The notes: a model not told the origin generated them from the sequence alone. Positions 48,639 through 59,787 are shown, counted from the first letter of the stretch. The stretch is DNA of 64,000 nt from Elusimicrobiota bacterium (GCA_043827405.1 JBDRPD010000096.1:1-64000), one strand, 5' to 3'. Numbers and translations: made by a program.

Positions 48639-49778
48639 CTACGCCGCCGCCTCGCGGTAGGCCCGCAACGTCGCTTGCGCGGTCCGTTCCCAGGTCAGCT
48701 CCGCCGCCCGCCGCCGGCCCTTCTCCCGCAGCTCCGGCGCCGCCGCGAGCGCCCGCTTGACCCCGTCGACGATGCTGTCGCGGTCATGCGGATCGACGAA
48801 GACCGCGGCGTCGCCCGCGATCTCGGGCAGCGCTCCTTCGGCGGAGACCACGACGGGGGCGCCGCAGGCCATGGCTTCAATCAGCGGCAGGTTGAAGCCG
48901 TCGTAAAAAGACGGATAGACGAACGCGGCGGCCAGGTTGTAGATCGCCGGGAGGTCCGCGTCGGGCAGGTAGCCGGTGAGGACGACGCGGGCTTCCAGCC
49001 CGAGTTCCCCGGCCAGGCGCAGCAGCCCGGCGCGCGCTGCGGCGGGGATTCCGCCGGTGAGCACGACGCCGTACGGCCGATCCGTCTCCAGGGCGGCGGC
49101 CGCGCGCAGCAGGCCCTCCCAGTTGCGGCGCTTCTCGTACGGTCCGACCGACAGCAGAAAACGCTCGGGCAGCCCCAGCCGGCGCCGCACGGCGGCCAGC
49201 GCTTCCCGGTCATGCAGCGGGCGGTAGGTTTCGCGGTCGACGCCGAGAATCGCGACGCGGATTTTCTCCGCGGGCACTTTTAGATGCTCCATAAGATCGT
49301 TCTTGGTCGCGGTCGAGGACGCCAGGATCAGCCGCGCGCGTTCGGCGGCGTCCCTGCCGCTTGCCTGCCAGCGCTGCAGGGTGCTGCCTTCGACCAGCTC
49401 GGGGCGCGAGAACGGAATCAGGTCGTGAAAGGTGGCGAGCGCCGGGATGACGCGCAGGTTCGGCAGCATGGGGCCGGGCTCATGGTAAAGTTCGATCTGC
49501 TGCGTCCGCAGATAGGATTCGACTACCGGCAGGCCCCAGTCTTTTTCGGCGCGCAGAACGAGCCCCTGCGGCCAGCGCTTGATCAGGCGGCGGAAGTTGG
49601 GATGCTCGGGGCAGGGGATGGCGGCGGTCCGCCGCGGGTGCTGGCGGAAGACGTAGCCGAAAAGGAAGTACTCGTTCTCGCCGTCGATGCGGGAGAGCGC
49701 GGCGGCGAGATTGCGGAAGTAGACGTCGCCGCCGCGAACATTATCCTGGATGAGGCCGGCGCTCAGCGCGATGCGCAT
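48639..49778 (-). CDS. glycosyltransferase family 4
   Basis: TFHDL, YPSFYDGFNLPLIEAMACG, LPEIAGDAA, TWERTA. Confidence 0.9.
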   Translation of the reverse strand: MRIALSAGLIQDNVRGGDVYFRNLAAALSRIDGENEYFLFGYVFRQHPRRTAAIPCPEHPNFRRLIKRWPQGLVLRAEKDWGLPVVESYLRTQQIELYHEPGPMLPNLRVIPALATFHDLIPFSRPELVEGSTLQRWQASGRDAAERARLILASSTATKNDLMEHLKVPAEKIRVAILGVDRETYRPLHDREALAAVRRRLGLPERFLLSVGPYEKRRNWEGLLRAAAALETDRPYGVVLTGGIPAAARAGLLRLAGELGLEARVVLTGYLPDADLPAIYNLAAAFVYPSFYDGFNLPLIEAMACGAPVVVSAEGALPEIAGDAAVFVDPHDRDSIVDGVKRALAAAPELREKGRRRAAELTWERTAQATLRAYREAAA

Positions 49779-49779
49779 A

Positions 49780-50805
49780 TCAGGCGGGGAACAGCGCCCG
49801 CAGCTCGTCGAGCCGCTCCCGGCGGCAGGCCAGGACATTGAACTGCTCGCGCAGCGCGGCGCGCTGCTCGATCGCGAAGGGCATCAGCGCCAGCCGCGCG
49901 GGCCGGCCGTCGCGCAGGTCCGCGTCCGCCGTCACTTCCCGTACGCCGCCGCTCTCACGCAGCCAGCCCGGCTGAAAGAAAACGTATCCGTCCTTGCGCA
50001 GGCGCGCGAACGGGCGCAGGGTCTGGTCCATATCGGGCAGCAGCCAGCTTTCGAAGACCAGCATCGGCCGGTGCGCGGACAGCGTTTTCTCCGCGCCGGC
50101 CAACACTTCGGTCTCGTGTCCTTCCACATCCAATTTGACGACGGCGGGCGGGGGCAGATCGATGCCGTCGAGCCGCCGCAGTTCGACCTTGTCGGCGCGG
50201 CTGTCGTCGGTCAGCGCGGCGAGACCGCTATGCACGCCGTCGGGCAGGGCGATTCGGCCTTCGCCGTCGCGGTCGGACAGGGCGACATGATGCGGCGTGA
50301 CGCGGTCTTCCAGCCCCGCCTGCTTTATCACGGAACGGAGGTCCCCGAAGGTCGCCGGCTGCGGCTCGAATGCGTGCACGGAGCCGTGGTAGTCCGGCCG
50401 GCTGCATAGATAGAGGGGGTAGTATCCCCAGTTGCTGCCGATGTCGTAAAGGGCTCCCCGCTCACCCGCGAACAGATCGAGCAGGGCCGCGGTCTCCGGC
50501 TCGCCCCCCTGCGCGCAGCGGCTCATGTAGAGGGTGCCGAACTGCATATTGCGGGAGCGTAATTTCAGCTCGCGCTCTCCGTCCGCGCAGCGGAGAGCGG
50601 CCGTCAGACTGCCTCCGGCCCCGAGGGCGTAGCTCCAATGGAAGGCGCGCCGCAGCGGCATCTGCAGCAGCTGGTGCCGCAGGCGCGGAGCGGGTGCGTA
50701 GGCCGCGCGATAGAGCCGCAGAAGCCAGGGGATGCGGGTGGCGCGAAACGGATTGCGCCAGACGATTTCGCGGGCCAGGATCATTGCATGCGCCTTGGGA
50801 GCCAT
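49780..50805 (-). CDS. FkbM-family methyltransferase
   Basis: YDIGSNWG, HAFEP, VKLDVEGHE. Confidence 0.88.
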   Translation of the reverse strand: MAPKAHAMILAREIVWRNPFRATRIPWLLRLYRAAYAPAPRLRHQLLQMPLRRAFHWSYALGAGGSLTAALRCADGERELKLRSRNMQFGTLYMSRCAQGGEPETAALLDLFAGERGALYDIGSNWGYYPLYLCSRPDYHGSVHAFEPQPATFGDLRSVIKQAGLEDRVTPHHVALSDRDGEGRIALPDGVHSGLAALTDDSRADKVELRRLDGIDLPPPAVVKLDVEGHETEVLAGAEKTLSAHRPMLVFESWLLPDMDQTLRPFARLRKDGYVFFQPGWLRESGGVREVTADADLRDGRPARLALMPFAIEQRAALREQFNVLACRRERLDELRALFPA

Positions 50806-52316
50806 TATATATAACGTTTCTTGAAGTCGCTGAGCAGCTGTTTGGCGTCCTGGTCCAGCATGACATAGCCGGCCGCCAGGTACGCCGCGGCGCTTAGCGT
50901 CCCGTCGAGTCTCAGTTCCGCCCAGGTCCCGACCCGGGCATGCGTGACCAGACCGAGGGCCGTCGCCGCCAGTCCGGCGGCGACCGGCCGCCAGCAGCCT
51001 TCTTTAAGGTACTCCCACCATCCCAGCGCGAGAAAGCGGCGGTGGATATAGGTCAGAAACAGCGGCGTGCCGAGCCATTCGGCGGCGGCCAAGCCCCCCG
51101 CCGCGCCGAGGATCCCCCAGCGCGGGATAGCGAACAGCCACAGGACGATGAGAACGACGACCTTTCCCAGGCGCATGAAGCCGAACAGCTGGGGCGCGCC
51201 TTTGCCGGAAGCCACGTTGTTGGGCAGATAGTCTCCTACGTAGGCAAAGTTTCCCAGCACCAGCAGCCGCAGGGGCCAGGTGGCCGTGCGGCTGAACTCT
51301 TCGCCCAGCCACAAAGTAAGGAACTGCGGTGCGAGAACGAAGGTGAGGATGGAAAGGGGAATCAGCAGATACAGGTTGAGCTGGGTGGCCTTGAGATACA
51401 GGCGCCGCAGGCGTACTTCTTCTCCCTTGCCGTGCAGCTCCGTGAAGATCGGGTATACCGTCGAAGAGACGGCGCCGCACAGGACGTTGAGTTTCTGGGC
51501 GATGCCGGAGGCGATGGCATAGAAGCCCATCTGACGGATCGGCAGCAGCGCCCCGATGAAGACGCGGTCGCCTTGAAAGGTGATCATCCAGAGTATCTGG
51601 GAGAGGAATCCTTTCAGCGAAAAGGCCGCGAATTCCCGCACGTCGGAGGGGCGGCCGGCGGATTTTCCGGGCCACAGCGCCCGGCGGACGAGCAGCAGCG
51701 CCGCGGCGGCCAGGGCGCCGTGCAGGATAATGAATACCGTGATGATTTCCCGCAGCCCGCGGCCGGCGCCGACCAGGACGGCCGCCGCGATCGCTACCGA
51801 AAGCATCTGCAGGGAGTTGAGCAGATTGTACAGCCCGAACCGCTGCTGACCGTAGAGGACATCGAGCGCGAACCTTAGAATAAAAAAGAAGGGGACGGCC
51901 AGCGACAGCGCCGCGAAGACCGTCCCCGCGGTCGCCGCCAGCACGGGTTCCATGTTGAGAACATGTTCCGCGATCCAGCCATGCAGCGCATAGTTGATCA
52001 GGGCCCCCAGGCCGGACACCGCCACCTGGAAGTACAGGACCGAGCGCAGCAGCGAGGCCAGGCGCGCGGGTTCGTTCTTGCCGGCGAACAGCGCGGTATA
52101 ACGCTGGGTTGCCGCTCCCGAGCCCAGGCTTAGCAGGGCGATATAGTTGATAAGGGTCCAGATTAGGGTGTATACGGCGTAGCCTTCGGTATTGAGGCCA
52201 TGCACCAGGCGCGGTGTAACAAAAAGGGTGGTGGCGAAGATGGCCGCCTGGCCCAGCAGGTGGAGCCTGACCCCCCGGAACACCCGTGCTCCTAGGGATT
52301 CTTTATTATTATCCAT
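50805..52316 (-). CDS. Wzx-type polysaccharide flippase
   Basis: About 12-14 TMs; GDRVFIGALL..MGFYAIA, WLGEEF, WGILGAA. Confidence 0.85.
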   Translation of the reverse strand: MDNNKESLGARVFRGVRLHLLGQAAIFATTLFVTPRLVHGLNTEGYAVYTLIWTLINYIALLSLGSGAATQRYTALFAGKNEPARLASLLRSVLYFQVAVSGLGALINYALHGWIAEHVLNMEPVLAATAGTVFAALSLAVPFFFILRFALDVLYGQQRFGLYNLLNSLQMLSVAIAAAVLVGAGRGLREIITVFIILHGALAAAALLLVRRALWPGKSAGRPSDVREFAAFSLKGFLSQILWMITFQGDRVFIGALLPIRQMGFYAIASGIAQKLNVLCGAVSSTVYPIFTELHGKGEEVRLRRLYLKATQLNLYLLIPLSILTFVLAPQFLTLWLGEEFSRTATWPLRLLVLGNFAYVGDYLPNNVASGKGAPQLFGFMRLGKVVVLIVLWLFAIPRWGILGAAGGLAAAEWLGTPLFLTYIHRRFLALGWWEYLKEGCWRPVAAGLAATALGLVTHARVGTWAELRLDGTLSAAAYLAAGYVMLDQDAKQLLSDFKKRYI

Positions 52317-52391
52317 TACCATCTATATGTAATCGTACAATACCGGAGCCTGTGATGTTAAACCTTGGACACTTCGGGGAGGTTATGGTTC

Positions 52392-52420
52392 TTGACCTGG
52401 GAGGCGGGGGTGAGTATAAT
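52392..52420 (+). promoter_or_regulatory. sigma70-type promoter of the hrcA-dnaK operon
   Basis: TTGACC (52392-52397), 17-bp spacer, TATAAT (52415-52420). Confidence 0.85.
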
Positions 52421-52447
52421 TTAGCAGTCCCATTGTTCGATTGCTAA
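52421..52447 (+). promoter_or_regulatory. CIRCE operator (HrcA site)
   Basis: TTAGCAGTC-N9-GATTGCTAA versus consensus TTAGCACTC-N9-GAGTGCTAA, directly upstream of hrcA. Confidence 0.92.
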
Positions 52448-52466
52448 TTATGTCCGGTAAAGATAT

Positions 52467-53573
52467 ATGCGTCAGCTGAATCCCAAAGTCGCGGATGAGC
52501 GCAAGCACAAGGTGCTGCGCTGGGTCGTCCATAACTACATCAAGACGTCTCGCCCCATCGCCTCATCGATCATCGCCGAAGAGGCCGACCTCGAGCTGTC
52601 GAGCGCCACTATCCGCAGCATCCTCAAGGAGCTCGAGGAGGAAGGCTATGTCTATCAGCCGCACACCTCCTCCGGGCGCGTGCCGACCGATCGCGGCTAC
52701 CGGCGCTACGTGGATTTCCTCGAGCATGCGCAGCGTTTGGCGTCGCAGGAAAAGGCCCGCATTGAGCAGCAGTACTACAACCAGACCGAGGAGCTCGACC
52801 GCCTGCTGTCGGAGACCTCCAAGCTGCTGTCGCATATATCGCGCAAGACGGGTCTGGTCCTGTCGCCGAAGATCGAGGGGCAGAAGCTGCGGCGTCTCGA
52901 GCTGATTCCGATCGCGGGCGCCCAGGTGCTCGCGGTGGTGGTGACCGAGACGGGTCAGGTACGGCACTGGCCGGTCAAGCTGTCTTCGGCGCCGTCGGCT
53001 GAGCGCGTACATATCCTCAATAGATTTCTCAACGACAATGTGCAGGGCAAGTCCATTCAAGAAGTCCGGTCGACCTTGGGCGACCGCATCGAGCGCGCCG
53101 AGCGCGAGCTGCGTGAGCTGCAGATGTTCGCCAACTCCCTGCTGGGCAGGATCGACGTGCTGGAAACGCCGGAGGAGCTGTATCTGGACGGCGCCGTTAC
53201 CCTGATGGAAGGGGCGGAAGAGTTCGGCGATCTGAGCGAGATTCAGTCGATGATGCGGGTCATGGAGGAGCGGGAAGCGCTGCTGCGCGTGCTGCAGGAG
53301 GACTTCTCGAAAAAACTGGAATTGTCCAGCAAGAGCGGAACGCCATTGGTCCGCGTGCGCATCGGCGAAGAGTGCTGTCTGCCGGAGCTGAAAAACCTCA
53401 GCCTGGTGACGACGACCTACCGCATGGGAGATAGAAATGTCGGAGTTCTCGGCATTCTCGGCTCCAAGCGCATGGAGTATCCGCGGATGATTTCCCTGGT
53501 GGACTATATCAGCCAGATGGTCAGCCGGACGCTGGAATCCTGGGAGAGTGAGCAGCATCGCGATGAGTTCTAA
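52467..53573 (+). CDS. hrcA: heat-inducible transcription repressor
   Basis: SSATIR, QPHTSSGRVPTDRGYRRYVD, GVLGILGSKRMEY. Confidence 0.95.
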   Translation: MRQLNPKVADERKHKVLRWVVHNYIKTSRPIASSIIAEEADLELSSATIRSILKELEEEGYVYQPHTSSGRVPTDRGYRRYVDFLEHAQRLASQEKARIEQQYYNQTEELDRLLSETSKLLSHISRKTGLVLSPKIEGQKLRRLELIPIAGAQVLAVVVTETGQVRHWPVKLSSAPSAERVHILNRFLNDNVQGKSIQEVRSTLGDRIERAERELRELQMFANSLLGRIDVLETPEELYLDGAVTLMEGAEEFGDLSEIQSMMRVMEEREALLRVLQEDFSKKLELSSKSGTPLVRVRIGEECCLPELKNLSLVTTTYRMGDRNVGVLGILGSKRMEYPRMISLVDYISQMVSRTLESWESEQHRDEF

Positions 53574-54123
53574 AAACGCCGAAAAACAGCCCGAGGAAGA
53601 GCAGGAGCCCGCGCCGGCGGAGCAGGATGCCGCCGCGGCGGAAGATTCCGCGTCGGCCGAAGCCCTCGCCGCCGCGGAGGAAGAGAACCGCCGGTTGATG
53701 GATCAGCTCGTGCGCATGAAGGCGGAGTTCGAGAACTTCCGCAAGCGGGTGGACCGCGACAAGCCCGGCCTCATCCGCCACGGGCGCGACGAGGTATTGA
53801 TCCGCCTGCTGCCGCTCTACGACGTGCTGCTGGCGGCGCATGACCAGGTGCGGGGTCACGCCGAGGATGCGGAGTGGGCCGCCGAGGTCGTGCGCGGCCT
53901 GGAGCTGACGTTCAAGGAATTTACAAAGTTCTTCGAGTCCGAGGGGATCTCCGCGATGGAGTCGATCGGCCGGCCGTATGACGTCGATCGTCACGAGGTC
54001 CTCGGCCAGGTGGAGACGGACGAGTATGAGGACGGCACCGTGCTGGAGGAGATTCAGCGCGGCTATTTAATTCAGGGCAAAACGCTGCGTACCGCCAAGG
54101 TGCGCATCGCGAAGGCCAAGTAA
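53563..54123 (+). CDS. grpE: nucleotide exchange factor
   Basis: [29 protein letters not shown]. Confidence 0.93.
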   Translation: MSSKNAEKQPEEEQEPAPAEQDAAAAEDSASAEALAAAEEENRRLMDQLVRMKAEFENFRKRVDRDKPGLIRHGRDEVLIRLLPLYDVLLAAHDQVRGHAEDAEWAAEVVRGLELTFKEFTKFFESEGISAMESIGRPYDVDRHEVLGQVETDEYEDGTVLEEIQRGYLIQGKTLRTAKVRIAKAK

Positions 54124-54139
54124 TTTAGGAGAATCAAAA

Positions 54140-56026
54140 ATGAGCAAGATTATCGGGATCGACTTGGGTACGTCCAATACGGCGGCGGCGGTCATGGAGG
54201 GCGGCAAGCCCACCATTATCCCTTCCGCGGAAGGCGCCAGCGTGGCGGGGAAGGCTTTCCCCTCTTACGTGGCGTTCACTAAAGATGGTCAGCGCATCGT
54301 CGGCGAGCCGGCCCGCCGCCAGGCGGTGGCCAACCCCGACGGGACGGCGACGACCTTCAAGCGCAAGATGGGTGAGTCGACAAAGATTACCCTGAAAGGC
54401 AAGGAGTATACGCCGCAGCAGCTCTCGGCTTTCGTGCTGCAGAAGGTCAAGGAGGACTCGGAGGCGTTTCTCGGAGAGAAGGTGGAGAAGGCGGTTATCA
54501 CCGTGCCCGCCTATTTCAACGACAACCAGCGCCAGGCGACCAAGGACGCCGGGACCATCGCCGGCCTCGAGGTCGTGCGCATCATCAACGAGCCGACGGC
54601 CGCCTGTCTGGCCTACGGCGTCGACAAGAAGGGCAAAGACGAGAAGATCATGGTCTTCGACCTGGGCGGCGGCACGCTCGACGTCACCATCATGGAGTTC
54701 GGCGGCGGCGTGTTCGAGGTGCTCTCGACCTCCGGCGACACCAAGCTCGGCGGCACCGATATGGACAAAGCCGTCGTCGACCATATCTGCGGCGAGTTCA
54801 AGCGGGAGACCGGGCTCGATATCTCCGGCGACGAGATGGCGATGCAGCGCGTGCGCGAAGCGGCGGAGAAGGCCAAGATCGAGCTGTCCAACGTATTTGA
54901 GACCGATCTCAACCTGCCCTTTATTACGGCCGAGAACAACCAGCCCAAGCACCTCGTCCACAAGCTGACGCGCGCCAAGCTGGAGTCTTTGGTCGACGAT
55001 ATCGTCCGCCGCTGCCGCACCTCGGTCGATACCGCGCTGGCCGACGCCAAGATCAAGACCTCCGACATCTCCAAGGTTATTATGGTCGGCGGTCCGACCC
55101 GTATGCCCTGCGTGCAGAAGTTCGTCGAGGAGCATGTCGGCCGCAAGGCCGAGGGCGGCATCGACCCGATGGAGTGCGTGTGCCAGGGGGCGGCGATTCA
55201 GGGCGCGGTTCTGACCGGCGAGGTGAAGGATGTGCTGCTGCTCGACGTGACCCCGCTGACTCTCGGCATCGAGACCCTCGGCGGCGTCATGACCCAGCTC
55301 ATCGAGCGCAACACCACGATTCCGGTCGAGAAGTCGCAGGTGTTTTCCACCGCCTCGGACAACCAGCCCGCGGTCACGGTGCATGTCCTGCAGGGCGAGC
55401 GCCCGCTGGCCAAAGATAATGTCGCGCTCGGCAAGTTCGATCTGGACGGCATCCCGCCGGCGCCGCGCGGCATCCCGCAGATCAAGGTGACGTTCTCCAT
55501 CGACGCCAACGGCATCCTCAACGTCAAGGCCGAGGACCTTGGAACCAAGAAGGCGCAGCATATCACGATCACCGCGAAGAATAAGCTGAACAAAGAGGAG
55601 ATAGAGAAGTTTGTTAAGGAGGCCGAGAAGTTTTCGGATGAGGACAAAAAGCAGAAAGAGATGGTCGAGGCGAAGAACGAGGGAGACACCGTGCTCTACG
55701 CCACGGAAAAAGCGCTCAAGGAGCACGGCGACAAGGTTCCGCAGGAAGATCGAACAAATATCGAGCGCGGCATCTCGAGCCTGAAGGACGCGCTCAAGAG
55801 CGAGGATCCCGCGAAGATCAACAAGGCGAAAGACGAGCTCGTCAAGGACTCGCAGAAGCTCGGCGAAGCGATCTACAAGGACGCGCAGGCCGCCCAGGCC
55901 CAGGCCGGAGGGGCGCAGCCCCAGGGCGCAAACGGCGCCGAACAGCCGAAAAACGGCGCGTCGGCCGAAGCCGAGAAGAAGGATGATGTGGTCGACGCGG
56001 AAGTCGTCGACGACGGGAAAGAGTAG
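54140..56026 (+). CDS. dnaK: Hsp70 chaperone
   Basis: [40 protein letters not shown]. Confidence 0.98.
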   Translation: MSKIIGIDLGTSNTAAAVMEGGKPTIIPSAEGASVAGKAFPSYVAFTKDGQRIVGEPARRQAVANPDGTATTFKRKMGESTKITLKGKEYTPQQLSAFVLQKVKEDSEAFLGEKVEKAVITVPAYFNDNQRQATKDAGTIAGLEVVRIINEPTAACLAYGVDKKGKDEKIMVFDLGGGTLDVTIMEFGGGVFEVLSTSGDTKLGGTDMDKAVVDHICGEFKRETGLDISGDEMAMQRVREAAEKAKIELSNVFETDLNLPFITAENNQPKHLVHKLTRAKLESLVDDIVRRCRTSVDTALADAKIKTSDISKVIMVGGPTRMPCVQKFVEEHVGRKAEGGIDPMECVCQGAAIQGAVLTGEVKDVLLLDVTPLTLGIETLGGVMTQLIERNTTIPVEKSQVFSTASDNQPAVTVHVLQGERPLAKDNVALGKFDLDGIPPAPRGIPQIKVTFSIDANGILNVKAEDLGTKKAQHITITAKNKLNKEEIEKFVKEAEKFSDEDKKQKEMVEAKNEGDTVLYATEKALKEHGDKVPQEDRTNIERGISSLKDALKSEDPAKINKAKDELVKDSQKLGEAIYKDAQAAQAQAGGAQPQGANGAEQPKNGASAEAEKKDDVVDAEVVDDGKE

Positions 56027-56048
56027 CGCCGCGCGGAGCTGAGGCGGG

Positions 56049-57191
56049 ATGGCGAAGGACTACTACGACGAGCTGGGCGTTCCCCGGAACGCGACCGAGG
56101 CCGAGATCAAAAAGGCCTATCGGAATCTCGCGTTCAAATGCCACCCCGACCGCCATCCCGGCGATCAGGCGTCCGAGACGCAGTTTAAGAGGATCAACAA
56201 CGCCTACGAGGTCCTCTCCGACGGGAAGAAGCGCCAGCTCTACGATCAGTTCGGCGAAGCCGGGGTTTCCGGCGCCGCGGGCGCGGGCGGTCCCGGCCCG
56301 CAGGGCTTCGGCGACGCCGGCGACATATTCGGCGACATATTTGAAGGGTTTTTCGGCGGCGGCGGGCGCCGTTCGCGGGCCAAGCGCGGCCATGACCTGA
56401 AGTATGAGGTGGAGGTTACCTTCGAGGACGCTTACGCGGGGACCCGCCTGCCGCTCGGCTACGAGCGGGTCGAGCTGTGCCAGAAGTGCGACGGCAGCGG
56501 GGCGCAGGAGGGGACGGGCACCAAGAGCTGCGGAACCTGCGGCGGCAGCGGCCGCGTCCAATTCTCCCAGGGCTTTTTCTCGATGAGCCAGACCTGCTCG
56601 AGCTGCGGCGGAGAAGGGAGGATGATCGAGACGCCCTGCAAACCCTGCCGCGGCTCCGGGCGCGTGCGCAAGCGCCACAAGGTGACCATCCGGATTCCCG
56701 CCGGAGTGTATGAGGGGGCGACTTTGCGCATCGCCGGTGAGGGCGAGGTGGGATCGCACGGCGGCGGTCACGGCGATCTGTACGTCATCGTCCGGATGAA
56801 GCCGCATCCCAAGTTCGACCGCAAAGGAGACGACCTTGTTTTTGCGCGCCGCATCACCTTCCCGCAGGCGGCGCTCGGCTGTACAATCTCGGTCCCCACT
56901 CTGGCGCCGGACAAGGCGCGCATTAAGGTCCCCGCCGGTACGCATGACGGGCAGATGTTCCGCATCCCGGAAAAAGGCATGCCGCGCCTGCAGGGACGCG
57001 GGTACGGCGACATGCTCGTGCGCGTCAAAATCGACGTGCCCAAGCGGCTCTCCGCGCGGCAGACGCAGCTGCTGGAAGAGTTCGGCAAGTCTCTTGAGGA
57101 GCCGGAGCAGCCGACGAATAAAGACGCGGACAAGCCCGGCGGCGGCGCGCCGGGCGAGGGCGGAATCTTTAATAAATTATTCGGCCAGTGA
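56049..57191 (+). CDS. dnaJ: Hsp40 co-chaperone
   Basis: J-domain HPD, G/F region, four CxxCxGxG motifs. Confidence 0.97.
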   Translation: MAKDYYDELGVPRNATEAEIKKAYRNLAFKCHPDRHPGDQASETQFKRINNAYEVLSDGKKRQLYDQFGEAGVSGAAGAGGPGPQGFGDAGDIFGDIFEGFFGGGGRRSRAKRGHDLKYEVEVTFEDAYAGTRLPLGYERVELCQKCDGSGAQEGTGTKSCGTCGGSGRVQFSQGFFSMSQTCSSCGGEGRMIETPCKPCRGSGRVRKRHKVTIRIPAGVYEGATLRIAGEGEVGSHGGGHGDLYVIVRMKPHPKFDRKGDDLVFARRITFPQAALGCTISVPTLAPDKARIKVPAGTHDGQMFRIPEKGMPRLQGRGYGDMLVRVKIDVPKRLSARQTQLLEEFGKSLEEPEQPTNKDADKPGGGAPGEGGIFNKLFGQ

Positions 57192-57198
57192 GGCGTCT

Positions 57199-57957
57199 AT
57201 GCCCCAGTTTTTGCTGTCGGTAAGCGACGTCCGCGACCAAAGCTTCGTGCTGCGCGGTCCGGAAGCCTTTCATATCGTCCGGGTCCTGCGGCACAAGGAG
57301 GGGGACGTCATCGAGCTCTTCGACGGCGAAGGGACGCGCTACAAGGGCGTCATCCGCGCGATCGACAAGGACGGCGCGGTCGCGGGAGAGATCGTGGAGA
57401 AGCTGGCAGCGGCGCGCCACTCCGTCCCGGTCCGAATCAAGCTCTATCTCGGCCTGCTCAAATCGAGCCATTGGGAGTGGGCGCTCGAGAAGGGGACCGA
57501 AATCGGCGTCGACACCTTCACCCCGATCCTGACGCCGCGCACCGTGGTGCAGCTGCGGGAGATGGGCCAGAAGAAGGAAGAGCGGTGGAAAAAGATCATG
57601 ACCTCGGCGGCCAAGCAGTGCCGCCGCGCCGATATCCCCAAGCTTAACGAGCCGCTGCAGTATCGGGACGCGATCGTCCAGGCGACGAAGTCCGGGCTGA
57701 CCTTGGTGGGCTGGGAGAAGCACGGCGGCACCACGTACGCCGGACTGCGCGCGACGCTGATGCAGGCGCGGCGCGATCACAAGCGGCTCACCGTCAACCT
57801 TTTTATCGGCCCCGAAGGGGGGTTTAGCGAGGAAGAGATCGAGCTCGCCGAGACCGACGGGGCGGCGCTTTTTTCTCTCGGCCCCAATATCCTGCGTGCC
57901 GAAACGGCCGCCGTGGCCGCGGCGGCCATCGTGTTCTATGAACTGGGCGTCCTTTGA
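57199..57957 (+). CDS. rsmE: 16S rRNA m3U1498 methyltransferase
   Basis: HIVRVLR, EKGTEIG, AAKQCRR, IGPEGGFS, LGPNILRAETA. Confidence 0.93.
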   Translation: MPQFLLSVSDVRDQSFVLRGPEAFHIVRVLRHKEGDVIELFDGEGTRYKGVIRAIDKDGAVAGEIVEKLAAARHSVPVRIKLYLGLLKSSHWEWALEKGTEIGVDTFTPILTPRTVVQLREMGQKKEERWKKIMTSAAKQCRRADIPKLNEPLQYRDAIVQATKSGLTLVGWEKHGGTTYAGLRATLMQARRDHKRLTVNLFIGPEGGFSEEEIELAETDGAALFSLGPNILRAETAAVAAAAIVFYELGVL

Positions 57958-59222
57958 GGATTTACTGTAAAACCTTCGGCTGCCGGGTCAACCAATACGA
58001 GACCGAGGCGGTAAGCGCACGGCTGCTGGCCGACGGAGCGTCCCGCGCGGTGGCCGACTACGAAGACGCCGACCTGTGCGTGATCAACACCTGCACCGTG
58101 ACGCGCGCGGCCGACAAGGACGCGCTGCAGATCATCCGCCGCATCGCGCGCCGCAACCCCGCCGCCCGCCTGGTCGTGACGGGCTGCCTCGCCAGCCGCG
58201 ACCGGGAAGAGATCCGGAAGATTTCGCCCGCCGCCCTGATCGTCGGCAATAAAGAGAAGAAGGATATCCCGGCGCTGCTGGGCTGCCGTAGCGTGCCGCA
58301 TGAGGCCGGGCTGAAAATCTTCTCCAAACATTCGCGCGCTTTTGTGAAGGTGCAGGACGGCTGCAATATGCGGTGCGCTTACTGCATCGTCCCGACGGTG
58401 CGTCCGCAGCTGACGAGCCGGCCGCCGGCGCAGGTCGCGGAGGAATTCCGCACCCTGATCGGCAACGGCTACCGGGAGCTCGTGCTCTGCGGGGTGCGGC
58501 TTGGCCGCTACAAAGCGGAGGATAAGACCGATTTCGTGGGGCTGCTGGAGCGTCTCGCGGCGCTGCCCGGGGATTTCCGCATCCGGCTGTCGTCTTTGGA
58601 GATCACCGACATCACCGCGCGGCTGCTGCGCGTCATCGCCGGCTCAGCGGGGCGCATCTGCCCCTCGTTTCACCTGCCCCTGCAGTCCGGTTCGGATCGT
58701 ATCCTTAAAAGGATGAAGCGCTGGTATGCGACCGAACCGTTCGCGCGCAGGATCGCGGCCTTGCGCGCGCGCATCCCGGATGCCGGGATATTTACCGACG
58801 TGATGGTCGGTTTCCCGGGTGAGACGCGGAAGGATTTTCAGGCGTCGCTGCGCTTCGTCGAGCGGACGGGCTTCTCCGGCCTGCATGTCTTCCGCTATTC
58901 GCGCCGGGGCGGCACCCCTGCGGCCGAGTTCGCGGATCAGGTGGACGACCGGGAGCTGCTCGCGCGCGCCGCTGGAATGCGGGCTCTCGACAAGAAGCTG
59001 CGCGCGGCGTTCGCGGCGGCGGCGGCGGGCAGCCGCCGGAGGATCATTGTGGAGGAAAAAGGCGCGCGTGCGCAGGGACTCACCGACCATTTCCTGCGCG
59101 TCGGGCTCGACCGTAATCCCGGCCCCGGCCTCTATTGGGCGCGAATCGGCGGCGGCGCGCGGGCGAAAATCGAATTGTCCGTTCCCGGTGAATTTGCTAC
59201 AAGAACTGCGGCGGCAAAATGA
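57954..59222 (+). CDS. mtaB: tRNA methylthiotransferase (MtaB-like radical SAM)
   Basis: TFGCRVNQYE, INTCTVT, VQDGCNMRCAYC, HLPLQSG, VGFPGET; dnaJ-rsmE-mtaB order. Confidence 0.85.
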   Translation: MRIYCKTFGCRVNQYETEAVSARLLADGASRAVADYEDADLCVINTCTVTRAADKDALQIIRRIARRNPAARLVVTGCLASRDREEIRKISPAALIVGNKEKKDIPALLGCRSVPHEAGLKIFSKHSRAFVKVQDGCNMRCAYCIVPTVRPQLTSRPPAQVAEEFRTLIGNGYRELVLCGVRLGRYKAEDKTDFVGLLERLAALPGDFRIRLSSLEITDITARLLRVIAGSAGRICPSFHLPLQSGSDRILKRMKRWYATEPFARRIAALRARIPDAGIFTDVMVGFPGETRKDFQASLRFVERTGFSGLHVFRYSRRGGTPAAEFADQVDDRELLARAAGMRALDKKLRAAFAAAAAGSRRRIIVEEKGARAQGLTDHFLRVGLDRNPGPGLYWARIGGGARAKIELSVPGEFATRTAAAK

Positions 59223-59713
59223 ATATGGACGAAGGCGTCTTCGCGCAGACGGCGGACCCGCAGGATAAGACTATTCTGGTCGTTGAGGTCGATAAGGTTC
59301 AGCGCGAGCTTTACCAAAAGATGCTGCGGGAGCAGGGCTTTCAAGTCGAGGCCGCCGACAGCGCCGAAGCGACGCTGGAGAAGGCCAAGACCAGGAAGCT
59401 GGACCTCATCCTGCTCGAGTTCTACCTGCCGGGCAAGAGCGGCTTTGAAGTGCTGAAGGAACTGCAGGTCGTGGAGGGGAAGTCCACAACGATCCTGGTC
59501 TGGGCGTCAAGGAGCGTCGACGACCACCTGCTGGCCCAAATCAAGCGCGAGCCCAATGTCCACGATTTTATCAGCAAGTCCACCCAGCTTTCCGTATTCG
59601 TCAATATGCTGCATAAGATCCTCGGCACTCGGCCCTCGGCCGCGCCCAAAACCGAGGATACCGGCGGCTTCGGCCGCACTACCGGCGGCTTCGGCACCAA
59701 GAAAGGCTGGTAA
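59219..59713 (+). CDS. single-domain atypical receiver protein
   Basis: REC fold ILVVEVD..DLILLEFYLPGKSGFEVL; Glu at the phospho-Asp position. Confidence 0.75.
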   Translation: MNMDEGVFAQTADPQDKTILVVEVDKVQRELYQKMLREQGFQVEAADSAEATLEKAKTRKLDLILLEFYLPGKSGFEVLKELQVVEGKSTTILVWASRSVDDHLLAQIKREPNVHDFISKSTQLSVFVNMLHKILGTRPSAAPKTEDTGGFGRTTGGFGTKKGW

Positions 59714-59787
59714 GCCAGCGGATTGGTACCGGTCGTTATGCTGGACACAGCGAAACTCTTTATTTTATAATCTAAATTGGTGATTCT

